The notes: generated from the sequence alone by a model not told the origin. Numbered from the stretch's first letter, positions 1-13,040 are shown. The stretch is DNA of 64,000 nt from an uncultured Gemmatimonadales bacterium (GCA_963793305.1 CAWBZV010000004.1:1-64000), one strand, 5' to 3'. Numbers and translations are program-made.

Positions 1-182
1 CAGAGGATTCTACTTGAGCCTACTATGACGTCTGTCGCATATCGTGCGAAGGTCGAAGAGCGAGAACAGATCAAAGCGCTTAGTGAGCTATTCAATTCGG
101 TGAGTGTTCTCGGCAAGTGGCCGAAAAACCGCCTATGTGGAAGTGCTATATCGGACTGACTCAGAATTGGGAACACGCGGGG

Positions 183-2669
183 TCACTGGTCCCCGCGCAC
201 CTGAAACCAGGGCGACGCTTCGAATTCCGCAGCCTTCTCCGCCCCATGCTGCTTATACCAGTTTCGCCAGGCAGCAGCATTCCCCGGCAACGAAACATCG
301 GTGATCTCCTGCAGCGCCATGAAAACCCAGTTGCGCATCTGTGAATTCAGATTTCGATCTTCGGCTAATTCGATAAGCTTTGGTACGAAGCGCATGCGTT
401 GTGTGCGGGTAAAGATGCCGCAGTCGGAGAGGTTACATCCAGCCCGATCGCGAACACTGTAATTAGAGTCATGCGTAAAAGACTGGAAGAGAACATCCAG
501 TGCGTCGTCAGTTTTGAAGAACCGCAGACCCTCCACCGACCACTGGCGAACTACAGGATCAGGATCGTTGAGCGCCCGGTCGCGAAGAACGGCGAATACG
601 TGCTCGCTATCAATCCCTCGCGCCCCTTCAATCCCGAGGAAATAGTACGCGTTGGGGCGATATTGCGTGTCCATTTCGATCCGCTTCATCAACAGACCAA
701 TGGCCGTCTGGTTGTGATGCCAACCTTCCATCGCCAGCCATAGGTCGGCATCGGCCTGTCGGACGCGGAGATCAGTCGAATAGGTTGCAAGAGCATCTAA
801 CTGCTTCATCCTGTCGGTGAGTCGAACCTCGCTGGTCCAACTCTCTACGTCATTTTCGAGCATCTGCAGGGCGCGATTGTCGTGTCCGATGCTGCGCGCC
901 AGAAGTTCCTCCGCCTGCTGCTGTGTGGGCAAGTTCCCAATGCGCGCAGCATCTCCGTCGGTCATCGGAGTGGTCGGGATGGAGACAGGGACCTCTACCT
1001 TGGGAGGCACGCGATGCACAGTCTTCACGCCAGAGAACACTCGAGCAAACATGAAGCCCGCGAATGCCAGCCAGATGACGAAGCCTGCGACTCCAACGGA
1101 CTTTTGCGCAGTCCGGAACTTCAGCGGAAGGGTTGTCGATGATGCTGCGCCGGCCAATCGGGCGCTCGACTGCGGAGGCGCACCATAGATCGATTGAAAT
1201 TCAACGCGCGTGTCCTGCTTGCGCCCCATGGCGCGCTCTACGGAAGCGACGATCCATCGCGCCTCTACCTGCGTCAGCGAACTGGCAGCGATCTTGATCT
1301 CACGGCCGTCGCTCCTCTGAATGCCGATCCCGTAGAGCATTTCGCCGGATGTATTGGCCTGTCCCTGGCTCAAAGGTGAGATCGAGGCTATCTCCGCGAA
1401 TGGGATCTGCTGCAAAGCCCCAAGCCCAAGAATGGCGCTTCGAACCTGAAGCATGCCTTCGCGGACGCGAATCAGGGCGCTTCCGAAGACAACTCTCAGA
1501 AGCATATAGCCGACCAGGATCTCGAAGATGGAAAACAGGATACGGAATAGCCACGGCGCTCCCTCGTGCGTCCAGAGGTAGTAGACGACCGCACTCCAAA
1601 TAATCGCAAACACTATCACGCCCAGCGCCTGTCTGTGATTTCGTAAAGGGGGGAAATAGAAGCTCGTCTCTCCCCCGTCTTCGCGGAAAACCACGTGCGT
1701 AGAAGCCGGGGCTGGTGCCGGAGATCCTGTTTGCAGTTGCGCGGCGGTGCTCGAAGTCGAACTCTCGAACGACATCGGCTGGCGATCCGTGAGTGGTGTG
1801 GCTCCGGTTCGAAACACCGGCAGCTCGTAGTTGTCGATGAAATCGACGCCGGGTACATCTGCCTTCGCGTGAAGCTGCCAGTAGACGCGATCGTTGGGGT
1901 TGCCCCCGTTTGTTTCGTACGCATCCGGCGGGATCGCGAAGTCAACCGGGATTTCGGCATCCGTGAAGCCACGCGTCACCGCTTCCGCCGGAATGTTCTT
2001 CTCATCCTGCCACAGGACCATTTCGTTGACGGTCTGGCCTTTGCCAGAGCCGGTGACGATGCGCCGCTTGCAGGAGAGGCGAAGATCGGTCCCGTGCGGG
2101 ATCGCGGTAGGAAGCTTCAGATGAATCACACCCTGCACGCGTCCGCCGGGACAGAAAGGCACGGTGCCGCACTGGAACGAGGTCTTGCCATAGCGCCAGA
2201 TGCGCAGCGTCCCTCGTATGGTAAGTGCGGTGATGATTAAACCAGCGAGGGGAAGAATAAGGGCGAGCAGCGCCTTCGGATCGCCATTCTTCAGCAGTTC
2301 CGGCAGAACACTGAATGCAACAAGTACGCTCATCAAATCCAGGAAACCGGTGAATACCCATGCGGTGATGTTCGCGCGCGGGTCCCTACCATTGGCTCTT
2401 CCCCCGGCCCAGTCCTTGCGCCATAGCCAGGGCTTGTCGGGGTTCGCGGCCTTTAGTGCGTCCTGCTGCTTGCTTATCCAAACTCCCACGATTGACAAGC
2501 TGATCAGGCCGAGTCCGATGCACGCAAAGAAGAGCCCGAAGACCACGCCGATCCAGCTTTGTGGCCCGCCTCGTGAAGCGGATGCAAAGGCGAAGAACAA
2601 CCCCATGCTCAGGAACGGCAAGCCAAACAGCGTCAGAAAGATCGCTCCAATAATGGAAGAGCTTCGCAT
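183..2669 (-). CDS. Multi-pass membrane protein with C-terminal HEAT-repeat-like domain
   Basis: 828-aa ORF with several hydrophobic segments; C-terminal repeats LNDPDPVVRQWSVEGL and THDSNYSVRDRA. Confidence 0.7.
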   Translation of the reverse strand: MRSSSIIGAIFLTLFGLPFLSMGLFFAFASASRGGPQSWIGVVFGLFFACIGLGLISLSIVGVWISKQQDALKAANPDKPWLWRKDWAGGRANGRDPRANITAWVFTGFLDLMSVLVAFSVLPELLKNGDPKALLALILPLAGLIITALTIRGTLRIWRYGKTSFQCGTVPFCPGGRVQGVIHLKLPTAIPHGTDLRLSCKRRIVTGSGKGQTVNEMVLWQDEKNIPAEAVTRGFTDAEIPVDFAIPPDAYETNGGNPNDRVYWQLHAKADVPGVDFIDNYELPVFRTGATPLTDRQPMSFESSTSSTAAQLQTGSPAPAPASTHVVFREDGGETSFYFPPLRNHRQALGVIVFAIIWSAVVYYLWTHEGAPWLFRILFSIFEILVGYMLLRVVFGSALIRVREGMLQVRSAILGLGALQQIPFAEIASISPLSQGQANTSGEMLYGIGIQRSDGREIKIAASSLTQVEARWIVASVERAMGRKQDTRVEFQSIYGAPPQSSARLAGAASSTTLPLKFRTAQKSVGVAGFVIWLAFAGFMFARVFSGVKTVHRVPPKVEVPVSIPTTPMTDGDAARIGNLPTQQQAEELLARSIGHDNRALQMLENDVESWTSEVRLTDRMKQLDALATYSTDLRVRQADADLWLAMEGWHHNQTAIGLLMKRIEMDTQYRPNAYYFLGIEGARGIDSEHVFAVLRDRALNDPDPVVRQWSVEGLRFFKTDDALDVLFQSFTHDSNYSVRDRAGCNLSDCGIFTRTQRMRFVPKLIELAEDRNLNSQMRNWVFMALQEITDVSLPGNAAAWRNWYKQHGAEKAAEFEASPWFQVRGDQ

Positions 2670-3439
2670 TTTGCCGAATTATATCCCGACGTCACACGAA
2701 CCTGGCCACCAATGAGGCGCAGTACCAATTTCATTCCGTCCGGGATTGCGTGCGTTCGTCTTCGTGGGCCGATTCCGGTCAGTTGACCGCCTACGCCGAA
2801 GTAGTCCCAAAAACGAATCACTTCCTGGTTGCCCACAAATCTGCTCGGACTCGAGTGACTTCATTATCTGGCCTACATGTGCAATCTTGACCGACATGAT
2901 CGTCGGATTCGTGATCGACGGTTGAAAGTGGGAACGTCGGCTCGTGTCTACCAATCCAGTCCACTTGGGCGAGAAACCGGCTTGGCGGTCACCTTATGTG
3001 GCGCAGCATAACAGCAGAGGCAATAACCCATTAGCCTCATGATCCACCGCAGTGGAGTGCGGCAATCATGAGAAAAACGTCTACGAACAAGGCAACGGGC
3101 AAGAAGAACCGCCCCAAAACCACGGCGCCGGCCTCACGAGCGAGCACCATCGAAAGAACCCGCTGCGAGAGCGACGCCGGTACCGCCTTGAAGCAGATCG
3201 GCTTCGTCCGCTTCGGGGACCGTTCGGAGCGTTTCCAGAACAGCTTGATCGGATCTTCAGACATGGTTCTTAGCACTCTCACTACCGCATGATCGATAAC
3301 GCAATCAGGCGCAAAAAAAATAGTTGAAAAATCTGAGTTTTTCAGGTTATGCTTCCGGCTGCCTTGGGTATCAATGTTCCCGAGTGCAAGACCACGCAGG
3401 ACCAAGACGAAGCAGTTCTCTTCTCGCCAGCTCGCGTAA

Positions 3440-4396
3440 ATGCACCACTGGGAGCTCATCGATATGGCTACAGGAAATGTTTTGCCCGGGACAGTTCGGG
3501 GTCGCGTTAGGACTCATTCTTTGCCGCCAGCCGGATTCGACCCGCGCACTGCACCGCCGCAGGAATTGCGTCGCTACGGCCTGCCGCAGCGACCCGATGC
3601 GTCCCTCCGCCCACAACTGGCGGACCTCTGGGACAAGATTTTCTCGCGCAAGCTCACCTACATCGTGCCCACGTTTCAACCCCTTGAGGAACTGCTGCCC
3701 GGCATAAAGTCCCGGGGCCCCTTGCGCCCGGAGATAACGACTGTCACCCACCCATTCTGGTCAGGCTGCGTCGTGCACGCCACTTCCGGTCAGGCGTTCA
3801 CCTGGGTGCTGGGTCAGTGGAATGTCCCGGATGTCCAGCCCCCCCCAACAACCACCGGCCAGGGCACATGGTACTCGTTCGCCTGGATCGGTATCGATGG
3901 AAACTCCGACGTCACCCAGATCGGCACGATTCAGTACGTAACGTCGGATGGGCACGGTAAGGTCAGCAGGAGCTGCTATGCCGTCTATGAATGGTTCCCA
4001 AACGACTGGACGGCGATCAATAACTTCCCGGTCAACTTCGGAGACACCTTGATCGGTTTGATTTGCCTCGAGTCCACGACCGACGCATGGGCGAACCTGG
4101 TGAACGTGACCACGGGTGTCCACGTGTCATTCTCTTTCTCCGCTCCAAGTCCCACTACGTCGCTGGAAAATCAGATCGAGTGGGTAATGGAACACCCGGG
4201 GGTGACCGGTGAGTCTGCGCAACTGCCAAACTTCGGCGAGATTTATTTCGATTCCGCCATGGGTGGCCGTGGTCTCGACTTTCTCGCCGACGCCGGTACC
4301 GACACGGTGATCAACATGGTGGAGAACAACGTAACGGTCGCGACCACAACCGTCGAGACACCGACGCTTATCAAAATCGCGTACACCGGCAATTGA
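3440..4396 (+). CDS. Glutamic peptidase family G1 (eqolisin/peptidase A4-like)
   Basis: Motifs WSG, AWIGIDG, QIGT, YEWFP, EWVMEHP, LPNFG. Confidence 0.85.
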   Translation: MHHWELIDMATGNVLPGTVRGRVRTHSLPPAGFDPRTAPPQELRRYGLPQRPDASLRPQLADLWDKIFSRKLTYIVPTFQPLEELLPGIKSRGPLRPEITTVTHPFWSGCVVHATSGQAFTWVLGQWNVPDVQPPPTTTGQGTWYSFAWIGIDGNSDVTQIGTIQYVTSDGHGKVSRSCYAVYEWFPNDWTAINNFPVNFGDTLIGLICLESTTDAWANLVNVTTGVHVSFSFSAPSPTTSLENQIEWVMEHPGVTGESAQLPNFGEIYFDSAMGGRGLDFLADAGTDTVINMVENNVTVATTTVETPTLIKIAYTGN

Positions 4397-4597
4397 CCAG
4401 CTGACAGTCTGACAGATTTCTAATGCTAGAGCGTCAGGATCTATCCAGTTTTCTCCGCCTAAAACGTGTCCGATGAACGCGTGGGCCTGTTCGCGACAAT
4501 TGAAAAAGGACAAGAATTTAGCAGCGGTCAATGGCCAACTTCACACAGCTCTTAGCTCCGCCTTGAGCGATTCTAACCATTTACACTCCGTACACCA

Positions 4598-5542
4598 ATG
4601 GCAACACGCACCAACCTCGATTTGGATACCCTGCGCACCCTCGCCGTAGCTCACGACCTCGGCGGCTTGGCGCAGGCGGCAAACCGCCTTGGCCGCACTC
4701 CTTCCGCCATCAGCCTTCAGATGAAACGACTGCAGGATGATCTCGGAACGGTACTTTTCCGCAAACGCGGCCGCGGTCTTGCTCTCACCGAGGCGGGAGA
4801 GGTTGCCCTCGTCCACGCTCGCCGCATTCTCGCGATGCATGACGAGCTGCTGGACACCATCCAGGAAGCTAACCTCGCCGGGAACATCCGGATCGGCTGC
4901 CCGCAGGACTTTGCCTCGATTCTGCCCTCGGTCCTATCGCAATCCGCTTCGTTGTACCCGCGCATGCAAGTTGAACTCCTCATTGAAGGCAACTCTGCCC
5001 TCGCCGAGGCGATTGAGAGATCGCGGATCGACCTCGCCGTCGTCATTGGCCACGAAGACCGCTCCGCCGCGCAAACGGTCGGCCAGTTGGAAATTGTTTG
5101 GATCGCTTCCTCCGCGTTCGTGCCGCCGCAGGGACAACCGATGCCGCTCGCTGTGCTTGGGCCGCAGTGCGCGTTCCGGAAATGCGCAATTCAACGTCTC
5201 GAAGAAACAGGCATGCCGTATCGCATCGCTGCCAGCAGCCCCAGCCTCGACGGTCTGTGGGCGGCGTTGCTTGGTGGCCTCGGTATCACTGCGCGCACCC
5301 GGCTCAATCTCTCCGAAGGCCTCCTGTCCGCCGGATCGCTCTTTGGTTTGCCCTCGCTGGGAAGCCTGCCTGTCACTCTGCATCGCAAGGCGGACTCCGG
5401 CGGGGGCGCCGCCGATCGCATGGCCGCGCTTCTCGTCGAGGCTCTGAAATTCATGCCCTTATCTCGACCGAAGGTAAAGGGTCTCCGCAACGGCCACAAT
5501 AGTCCTACCGTGATGGCTGCCGGCGGGCGTGGCAATGCATAA
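4598..5542 (+). CDS. LysR-family transcriptional regulator
   Basis: N-terminal HTH LDLDTLRTL...AANRLGRTPSAISLQMKRLQ followed by a substrate-binding domain. Confidence 0.9.
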   Translation: MATRTNLDLDTLRTLAVAHDLGGLAQAANRLGRTPSAISLQMKRLQDDLGTVLFRKRGRGLALTEAGEVALVHARRILAMHDELLDTIQEANLAGNIRIGCPQDFASILPSVLSQSASLYPRMQVELLIEGNSALAEAIERSRIDLAVVIGHEDRSAAQTVGQLEIVWIASSAFVPPQGQPMPLAVLGPQCAFRKCAIQRLEETGMPYRIAASSPSLDGLWAALLGGLGITARTRLNLSEGLLSAGSLFGLPSLGSLPVTLHRKADSGGGAADRMAALLVEALKFMPLSRPKVKGLRNGHNSPTVMAAGGRGNA

Positions 5543-5610
5543 GTCGCGCTCACGAGTGCGTTGAGAATAATCAAATTGTGCGTTGGCTGTTAGATTGTTA
5601 CATTGGCCGC

Positions 5611-6276
5611 ATGTCGATCAAGTATCTCCCGCTTCTCGCTATCCTGCTGATTGGCTCACTTGAGGCCTCCGCACAAACACCTCTAATCGTAGGCACATGG
5701 GTCCTCACGAGAGCTGAGAAATTACTCCCGGACGGCACGCGAGTGTCGGATTACGGCGACAACCCGCATGGACTTGTTATTTTCACCAGCGATGGTTATT
5801 ACTCTGTGCAGATCTACCGCGCCGACCGTCTGAAGTTCTCTTCCGGAGACAAACTCAAGGGAACTCCGGAAGAGTACAAGGAGGCGTCCCTCAGCACGAG
5901 CGTCCACTTTGGTCGCTACACTATCGATCCCGCCAAAGCCACGATCACCTTTCACATCGACCGGTCGTCGTTTCCCAATCAGGATGACACCACGCAGGTG
6001 CGCCCTTATGAGATCACGTGCGACGAACTCTCCTGGAAGGTCGCGCCCCGTCCCGACGGCTCCATCCCCATCACCGTTCTGCGTCGGGTTGGCGCCAAAG
6101 AACAGCCGGGAGTAAAAGGGCTAGGAATCACATCTGAGAACTTGAGAGAGACTGCTGCAGCTCAATCCCGAACTCGCCATGCGGCGAGAAAAGGAACGAA
6201 TGCAAAAAGCGGAGATTCAGAAGAAGAAAGATTCTCTTCATCTCTCTGTACTCAAGACATTGCTTGCAAACCGTAA
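5611..6276 (+). CDS. Secreted lipocalin-like domain protein
   Basis: Signal peptide; IVGTWVL, YGDNPHGLVIFTSDG, HFGRYTID motifs; the C-terminal tail may be readthrough. Confidence 0.7.
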   Translation: MSIKYLPLLAILLIGSLEASAQTPLIVGTWVLTRAEKLLPDGTRVSDYGDNPHGLVIFTSDGYYSVQIYRADRLKFSSGDKLKGTPEEYKEASLSTSVHFGRYTIDPAKATITFHIDRSSFPNQDDTTQVRPYEITCDELSWKVAPRPDGSIPITVLRRVGAKEQPGVKGLGITSENLRETAAAQSRTRHAARKGTNAKSGDSEEERFSSSLCTQDIACKP

Positions 6277-6333
6277 AGAACTCGCATGCTGGACGTGAAG
6301 GATGGTTCCCGTCGGCATCTCGCATCACAGGGT

Positions 6334-6483
6334 TGTCAGGAACAATAATGTTCAGTTCGGGACAATGATGTCCATTTTGGGATATTGTTGTCCGTCTCCA
6401 ACACGCCCCTCCGAGCCGCAGTAGGGGGAATATATATCCAGTAGGCGAAATAATTATTCAGTTCCAGCAACTTTATATTTCAG
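6334..6483. repeat. Two triplets of ~20-bp spaced repeats directly downstream of glmS (Tn7-like transposon-end candidates)
   Basis: GGAACAATAATGTTC / GGGACAATGATGTCC / GGGATATTGTTGTCC start at 6339, 6359, 6379; CAGT-initiated AT-rich units start at 6419, 6439, 6459. Confidence 0.55.
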
Positions 6484-6489
6484 CGGCGG

Positions 6490-8375
<1,886 letters not shown>

Positions 8376-8846
8376 GGAACGATTTTAAGCGACGGCGGAG
8401 GCGGCAGAATGAAACATTGCCGCAAAGATGAATGCAATCTGCAAGAGAGTGGATGAGGAGATGTCCAAGGCTCATGCCCCGCTCGAACAGCAAGCGGCCG
8501 GAAGCGCGATGGTCTTCGGGCATTGGTACCCAGGATTCAGGCCGAAAGCCGCGTGACACACCCGACTTCTTGCCGCACTCCTTGTGAAGCTTTAACTCAC
8601 GGACCGTACAGTCGCGTCGTGGGCCCAAAAGCGAAATAACAAGACCATCAATAACCAAGGCTCAACCAGTTAGCGCTTTCACATACGTTTAGGTTCGGCA
8701 AGCAGTCGAAACATCCATTCAAGCCCGATCCGTTTTACTTGGTGCAATCAAAGCGTTCCTGTGCATTTCATCTCCGCTCCAATTACTGTTGGAGTACGCA
8801 GCATTTGCACCCTTGCGGTTTCTGCCAGGAAGGAACCGCCTCAACT

Positions 8847-11800
8847 TTGGCACACGATGATTCCAATTCGACCCCAAGAACACGACGGCATCTGACGTCC
8901 CCTTTCCGGTTCGCCTTCTCGCTTACGTTTCTGCTGTCCTGGTCCGCGCTTGTTGCATGGCCGCTTGAGCCCACCACACCCTTGGCCGAGTACGGCCGCC
9001 AAGCCTGGGTCATGGAAAACGGCCTTCCGCAGAACACGGTACACGCGCTCGTACAGACCCGCGATGGTTTTCTATGGCTGGGAACGGAAGCGGGGTTGGT
9101 CCGATTTGACGGGAACACATTTTCGGTCTTCGACACCACTTCCAGCCCCGCGCTGCCGAGCGCCGACATTCGCTGTTTGTTAGCGACAGACGACGGCGCA
9201 CTGTGGGTCGGCACAAGTGAAGGCTTGGTCCGTTGGCAGGATGGAAGCGTCAAGGCCTTCAGCACGCGTAACGGACTACCCGGCGACTCAATCCTCGAAT
9301 TGGCGCAAACCCAGGATGGCGTGTTGTGGGTATGGACCGAAATGGGGCTGGCACGGCTGAATGGTGAAGGATTCACCGTTGTCGAAGAACGACCGTCAGC
9401 GGTGGTTACCGCAGTGACCGCATTCGGACAGAGCGGCTCCTGGGTCGAAGCAACGGGGTCGGCCGGAGCAAGCTTGAGTGGGCCCTGGGTGCAGGCCGTG
9501 GCGCAAGCGGGGCTGCCCAAAGAGCAGGTGGAGTTCCTGGCTGTGCTGCCCGGAGCGGAGACGGTCGCGGCGACCAACAGCACATTGATCGTGAATCGAG
9601 GCAGCACCATTCTGCAGCGGCTGACCGCGGGGAAGGAGCTGCCGGGGAGCCGGATTCAGGCAGTTTTTCGCGGATCGCGAAGGGTGTCTGTGGATCGGCA
9701 CCAACGGCGGGCTGGCTCGGCTGGGCTGCCGGCAAGCTGCAACTGCTGCCGGTCACCGATCCACTGGCGACCGCTTCGGTTCTGACGCTGATGGAGGACC
9801 GCGAAGGAAATCTCTGGGTGGGCACGGAGACCGGCGGACTGCATATTCTGCGCGACCAGCGGTTCCGGAACATCGGCTCGCGTGATGGCCTTTCTTCCGA
9901 CGCCACGACGACCGTGGTGGAAGACAGCGCGGGCACGCTTTGGGTGGGAACAGGCGGCAGCGGATTGAATGCCTTGCAGCGGACCGGAATCGGCAGCTCA
10001 AAGCCAAAACATACACCGTACGCGACGGACTGCTAAGCGATGTGATTCTGTCGCTTGGCCGCGGCTCCCAATGGCAATCTCTGGGTGGGCACGCCGGATG
10101 GGCTGAACCTGATTCGCCACGGCCAGGTAGACTCGTTTACCTCCGCCGACGGATTGCCCGACGACTTTGTCCGTTCGCTGCTGGTGGATGCGGACGGCTC
10201 GCTGTGGATCGGCACGCGGCGCGGCCTGACGCACTGGATAAACGCGCCCGCCGGACGCACATGGAGACTTTTACGCATGCAACGGGGCTGGGCAGCGACC
10301 TGGTGGGCGCGATGGCACGCGATTCGCGCGGAAGTTTGTGGGTGGCAACGCTGGCTGGACTATCGCGAACTCGATGAATGGCGGGATTACGAACTACACC
10401 ACGGCCAATGGACTTTCGAGCGACGTGGTGACGGCGCTGCTGCCACGCGGCCAGGGAACACTGCTGATCGGGACGCAGGATCATGGTTGGAATCTGTGGG
10501 ATGGCGAAAAGTTCTCCGCTGCCGAAAGACAGTCGCCTGAGCGAGACGAGCGATTCACGCCATTCTTGACGATAACGGCAATCATCTCTGGTTCGCGACC
10601 GGCAATGGCATTGCACGGTGCGATTGCACCATGACGGCCGACTGCTCGCATTGGATTGAATTTGGCCCCGCGGACGGACTGCGCAGCCGCGAGACGGCGA
10701 CCAACAGCCATCCCTCGGCGTGGCGCTCGCGCGACGGGCGACTGTGGTTTGCCACGCCCTAAGGGACTTGTGGAGGTGGACCCAGCGCATTTCCCCATCA
10801 ATACAATTCCGCCGCCGATTGCGCTGGAGCGCTTTGCCGTGGATGACGTCGACCAGCCACTGCATGGGCCAGACTCTTTGGTCAAGATTCCGGCTGGGCA
10901 TGTGCATTTCGCAGTTCGACTACGCAGGGCTGAGCTTTACCGCGCCGCAAAAGGTCCGCTACCGCTACATGCTCGAGGGCTTTGATCACCAGTGGACGGA
11001 TGCCGGCGCACGGCGCACCGCCTACTACACCAACATTCCGCCGGGACAGTACACCTTCCGCGTGCAGGCGGCCAATAACGATGGACTGTGGAACACGCAG
11101 GGCGCGGCGTTGCAGTTCGAACTGCAGCCGCATTTCTATCAGACAATCTGGTTCTACATCCTGCTCGCGATGCGATGGTCGCGGGCCTGGTGTGCTGCTG
11201 CTGCAAACAGCGTCTGCGCCGGGCCGAACGCGAATTCGGCGCCGTGCTGGGCGAACGCAACCGCATTGCGCGCGAAATTCACGACACGCTGGCGCAGGGC
11301 TACGTAGGCATCTCAGTGCAACTGGAGGTGCTGGCGGAACTGCTGCGCCTCAACAAGGTGGACGCAGCCGCAAGGCAACTGGACACGACACGCGGCCATG
11401 TGCGCGAGGGGCTGGCCGACGCGCGGCAGTCGATCTGGGCGCTGCGCTCGCAGGACTCCGGCGAGAAGACGCTGCCGGTGAACGTTGCGCCGCATGACCG
11501 AGAAGGCCGATGGGCACGGAATCGATGCCAGCCTTCAGCGTCTACGGCGCCTACCGCCCGCTGCCGCCGGGCACGGAACGCGAATTTCTGCGTGTGGCCC
11601 AGGAGGCCATCCATAATGTAAAGAAGCATGCGGGCGCAAAACACCTGTTCGTTCAATTGGAGTATGGTCAGGCCGAGGTTGCGCTGGAAGTGACGGGACG
11701 ATGGGCGCGGCTTTGCGGCGGGTGAAGATCTTAAACTCTCCGCCGGGCCACTATGGATTGACCGGCATGCGCGAACGGGCTGCGGCCATCGGCGGCACGC

Positions 11801-11877
11801 TTGAGGTCACGAGCGAGCCAGGCACGGGAACGACGGTGAGGCTGCGAGCGCCGGCGCCAAAAGAGCCGAAGGAGTAG
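8847..11877 (+). CDS. Sensor histidine kinase with beta-propeller (Reg_prop) repeats, Y_Y_Y and HisKA_3 domains; many frameshifts
   Basis: Repeated GLP..V..L..D..G.LWVGT motifs; YRYMLEGFD...[41 protein letters not shown]; pieces spread over several frames. Confidence 0.85.
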
Positions 11878-11879
11878 AC

Positions 11880-12530
11880 GTGGCACAAGAATCGATTCGG
11901 GTCCTGGTGGTGGAAGACCATCACGTGGTGCGTCAGGGGCTGGTGGCGCTGCTCAATGTGGTGGACGGCATCGAAGTGGTGGGCGAGGCCGCGGACGGCG
12001 TTGAAGCCATTACGCAGTTTCGCAAGCACCAGCCGAATATCACGCTGATCGACCTGCGCTTGCCGCGCATGGGCGGCGTGGACGTGATTCAGCGTATCCG
12101 CATGGAGACGCCGAATGCGCGGTTCATTGTGCTGACCACCTACGACGGCGATGAAGATATTTATCGCGCTCTGCAGGCCGGCGCGCGCGCGTATCTGCTG
12201 AAGGGCATGACCACTGAGGAATTGATTGCAACCATTCACACGGTGCATGCTGGAAGATCGCACATTCCGCCGGCAATTGCGCAACGACTGGCCGAGCGCA
12301 TGGGCACTGAAGAGCTGACGCCGCGCGAATTCGACGTGCTGGAGCAGATTGTTCACGGCAAGAGCAACAAGGAGATCGCGACTGAACTCGAAATCTCAGA
12401 GGCCACGGTGAAGACCCACATCAACAGCCTGCTGGGCAAACTGGGCGTTACTGATCGCACCCAGGCCGCTACCGCGGCAATCCAGCGCGGTATAGTTCCT
12501 CTCGAATCCCTCAGGAAAACAAAACCATGA
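11880..12530 (+). CDS. NarL/LuxR-family response regulator
   Basis: REC domain IRVLVVEDHHVVRQGL and LuxR HTH LTPREFDVL...GKSNKEIA. Confidence 0.95.
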   Translation: MAQESIRVLVVEDHHVVRQGLVALLNVVDGIEVVGEAADGVEAITQFRKHQPNITLIDLRLPRMGGVDVIQRIRMETPNARFIVLTTYDGDEDIYRALQAGARAYLLKGMTTEELIATIHTVHAGRSHIPPAIAQRLAERMGTEELTPREFDVLEQIVHGKSNKEIATELEISEATVKTHINSLLGKLGVTDRTQAATAAIQRGIVPLESLRKTKP

Positions 12531-12554
12531 AGAGAAAACATCCTTTGCACATTT

Positions 12555-13040
12555 TTGCTCCTGCTTTTCGTTCCTTTAGCGCGGTCTGAGAAGGCCGCCT
12601 GGCGACAGGCCACGGATGCCGAACTGGCGTCACTGCTCCCGGCCCGCGCTCAGGTGGTCAAGGAACACATCGAAACCGAGATGCGCACTGCCAGCGGCAT
12701 TGTGAACAGCCGCGGCCGCTATATCGCGGGCGTGGTGCTGATCACGGCCGGCTACTCTGCTGACGGAAAGTATTCGCATTATTTGGTCGTACAGGCTCCG
12801 GTTCGCATCGGCGGCATTGCCCTCAAGCCCGGCGATTATGTTTTCGGATGGGTGCGGGATGGCGATGCGCTCAAGGTGCACTTCAATGTCGCGTCCACCG
12901 GAGATCTGGTAGGCGAAACGGATGCTCGCCTCATTGCCGGTCATACTCGCGTCGAGAGCCTGCGCATTTGGCCGCCGGGCGATAAGGCGCTTATCCAAAT
13001 CGGCCGGTTTGGGATTCCCTACGAGATCGGAAAAGAGTAG
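12555..13040 (+). CDS. Hypothetical exported protein
   Basis: Operonic ORF with signal-like N-terminus; true start may be the ATG at 12527 with a frameshift. Confidence 0.6.
   Translation: MLLLFVPLARSEKAAWRQATDAELASLLPARAQVVKEHIETEMRTASGIVNSRGRYIAGVVLITAGYSADGKYSHYLVVQAPVRIGGIALKPGDYVFGWVRDGDALKVHFNVASTGDLVGETDARLIAGHTRVESLRIWPPGDKALIQIGRFGIPYEIGKE

Noticed and set aside
3037..3459. Short ORFs upstream of the G1 peptidase
   Set aside because: Overlapping, mutually inconsistent, and without recognisable motifs.
6339..6393. LexA/SOS boxes
   Set aside because: The GAAC-N6-GTTC spacing does not fit the GAAC-N4-GTTC or GTTC-N7-GTTC boxes, and the site lies between convergent gene ends.
8376..8700. 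glmS ribozyme upstream of glmS
   Set aside because: I cannot see the conserved catalytic core motifs.
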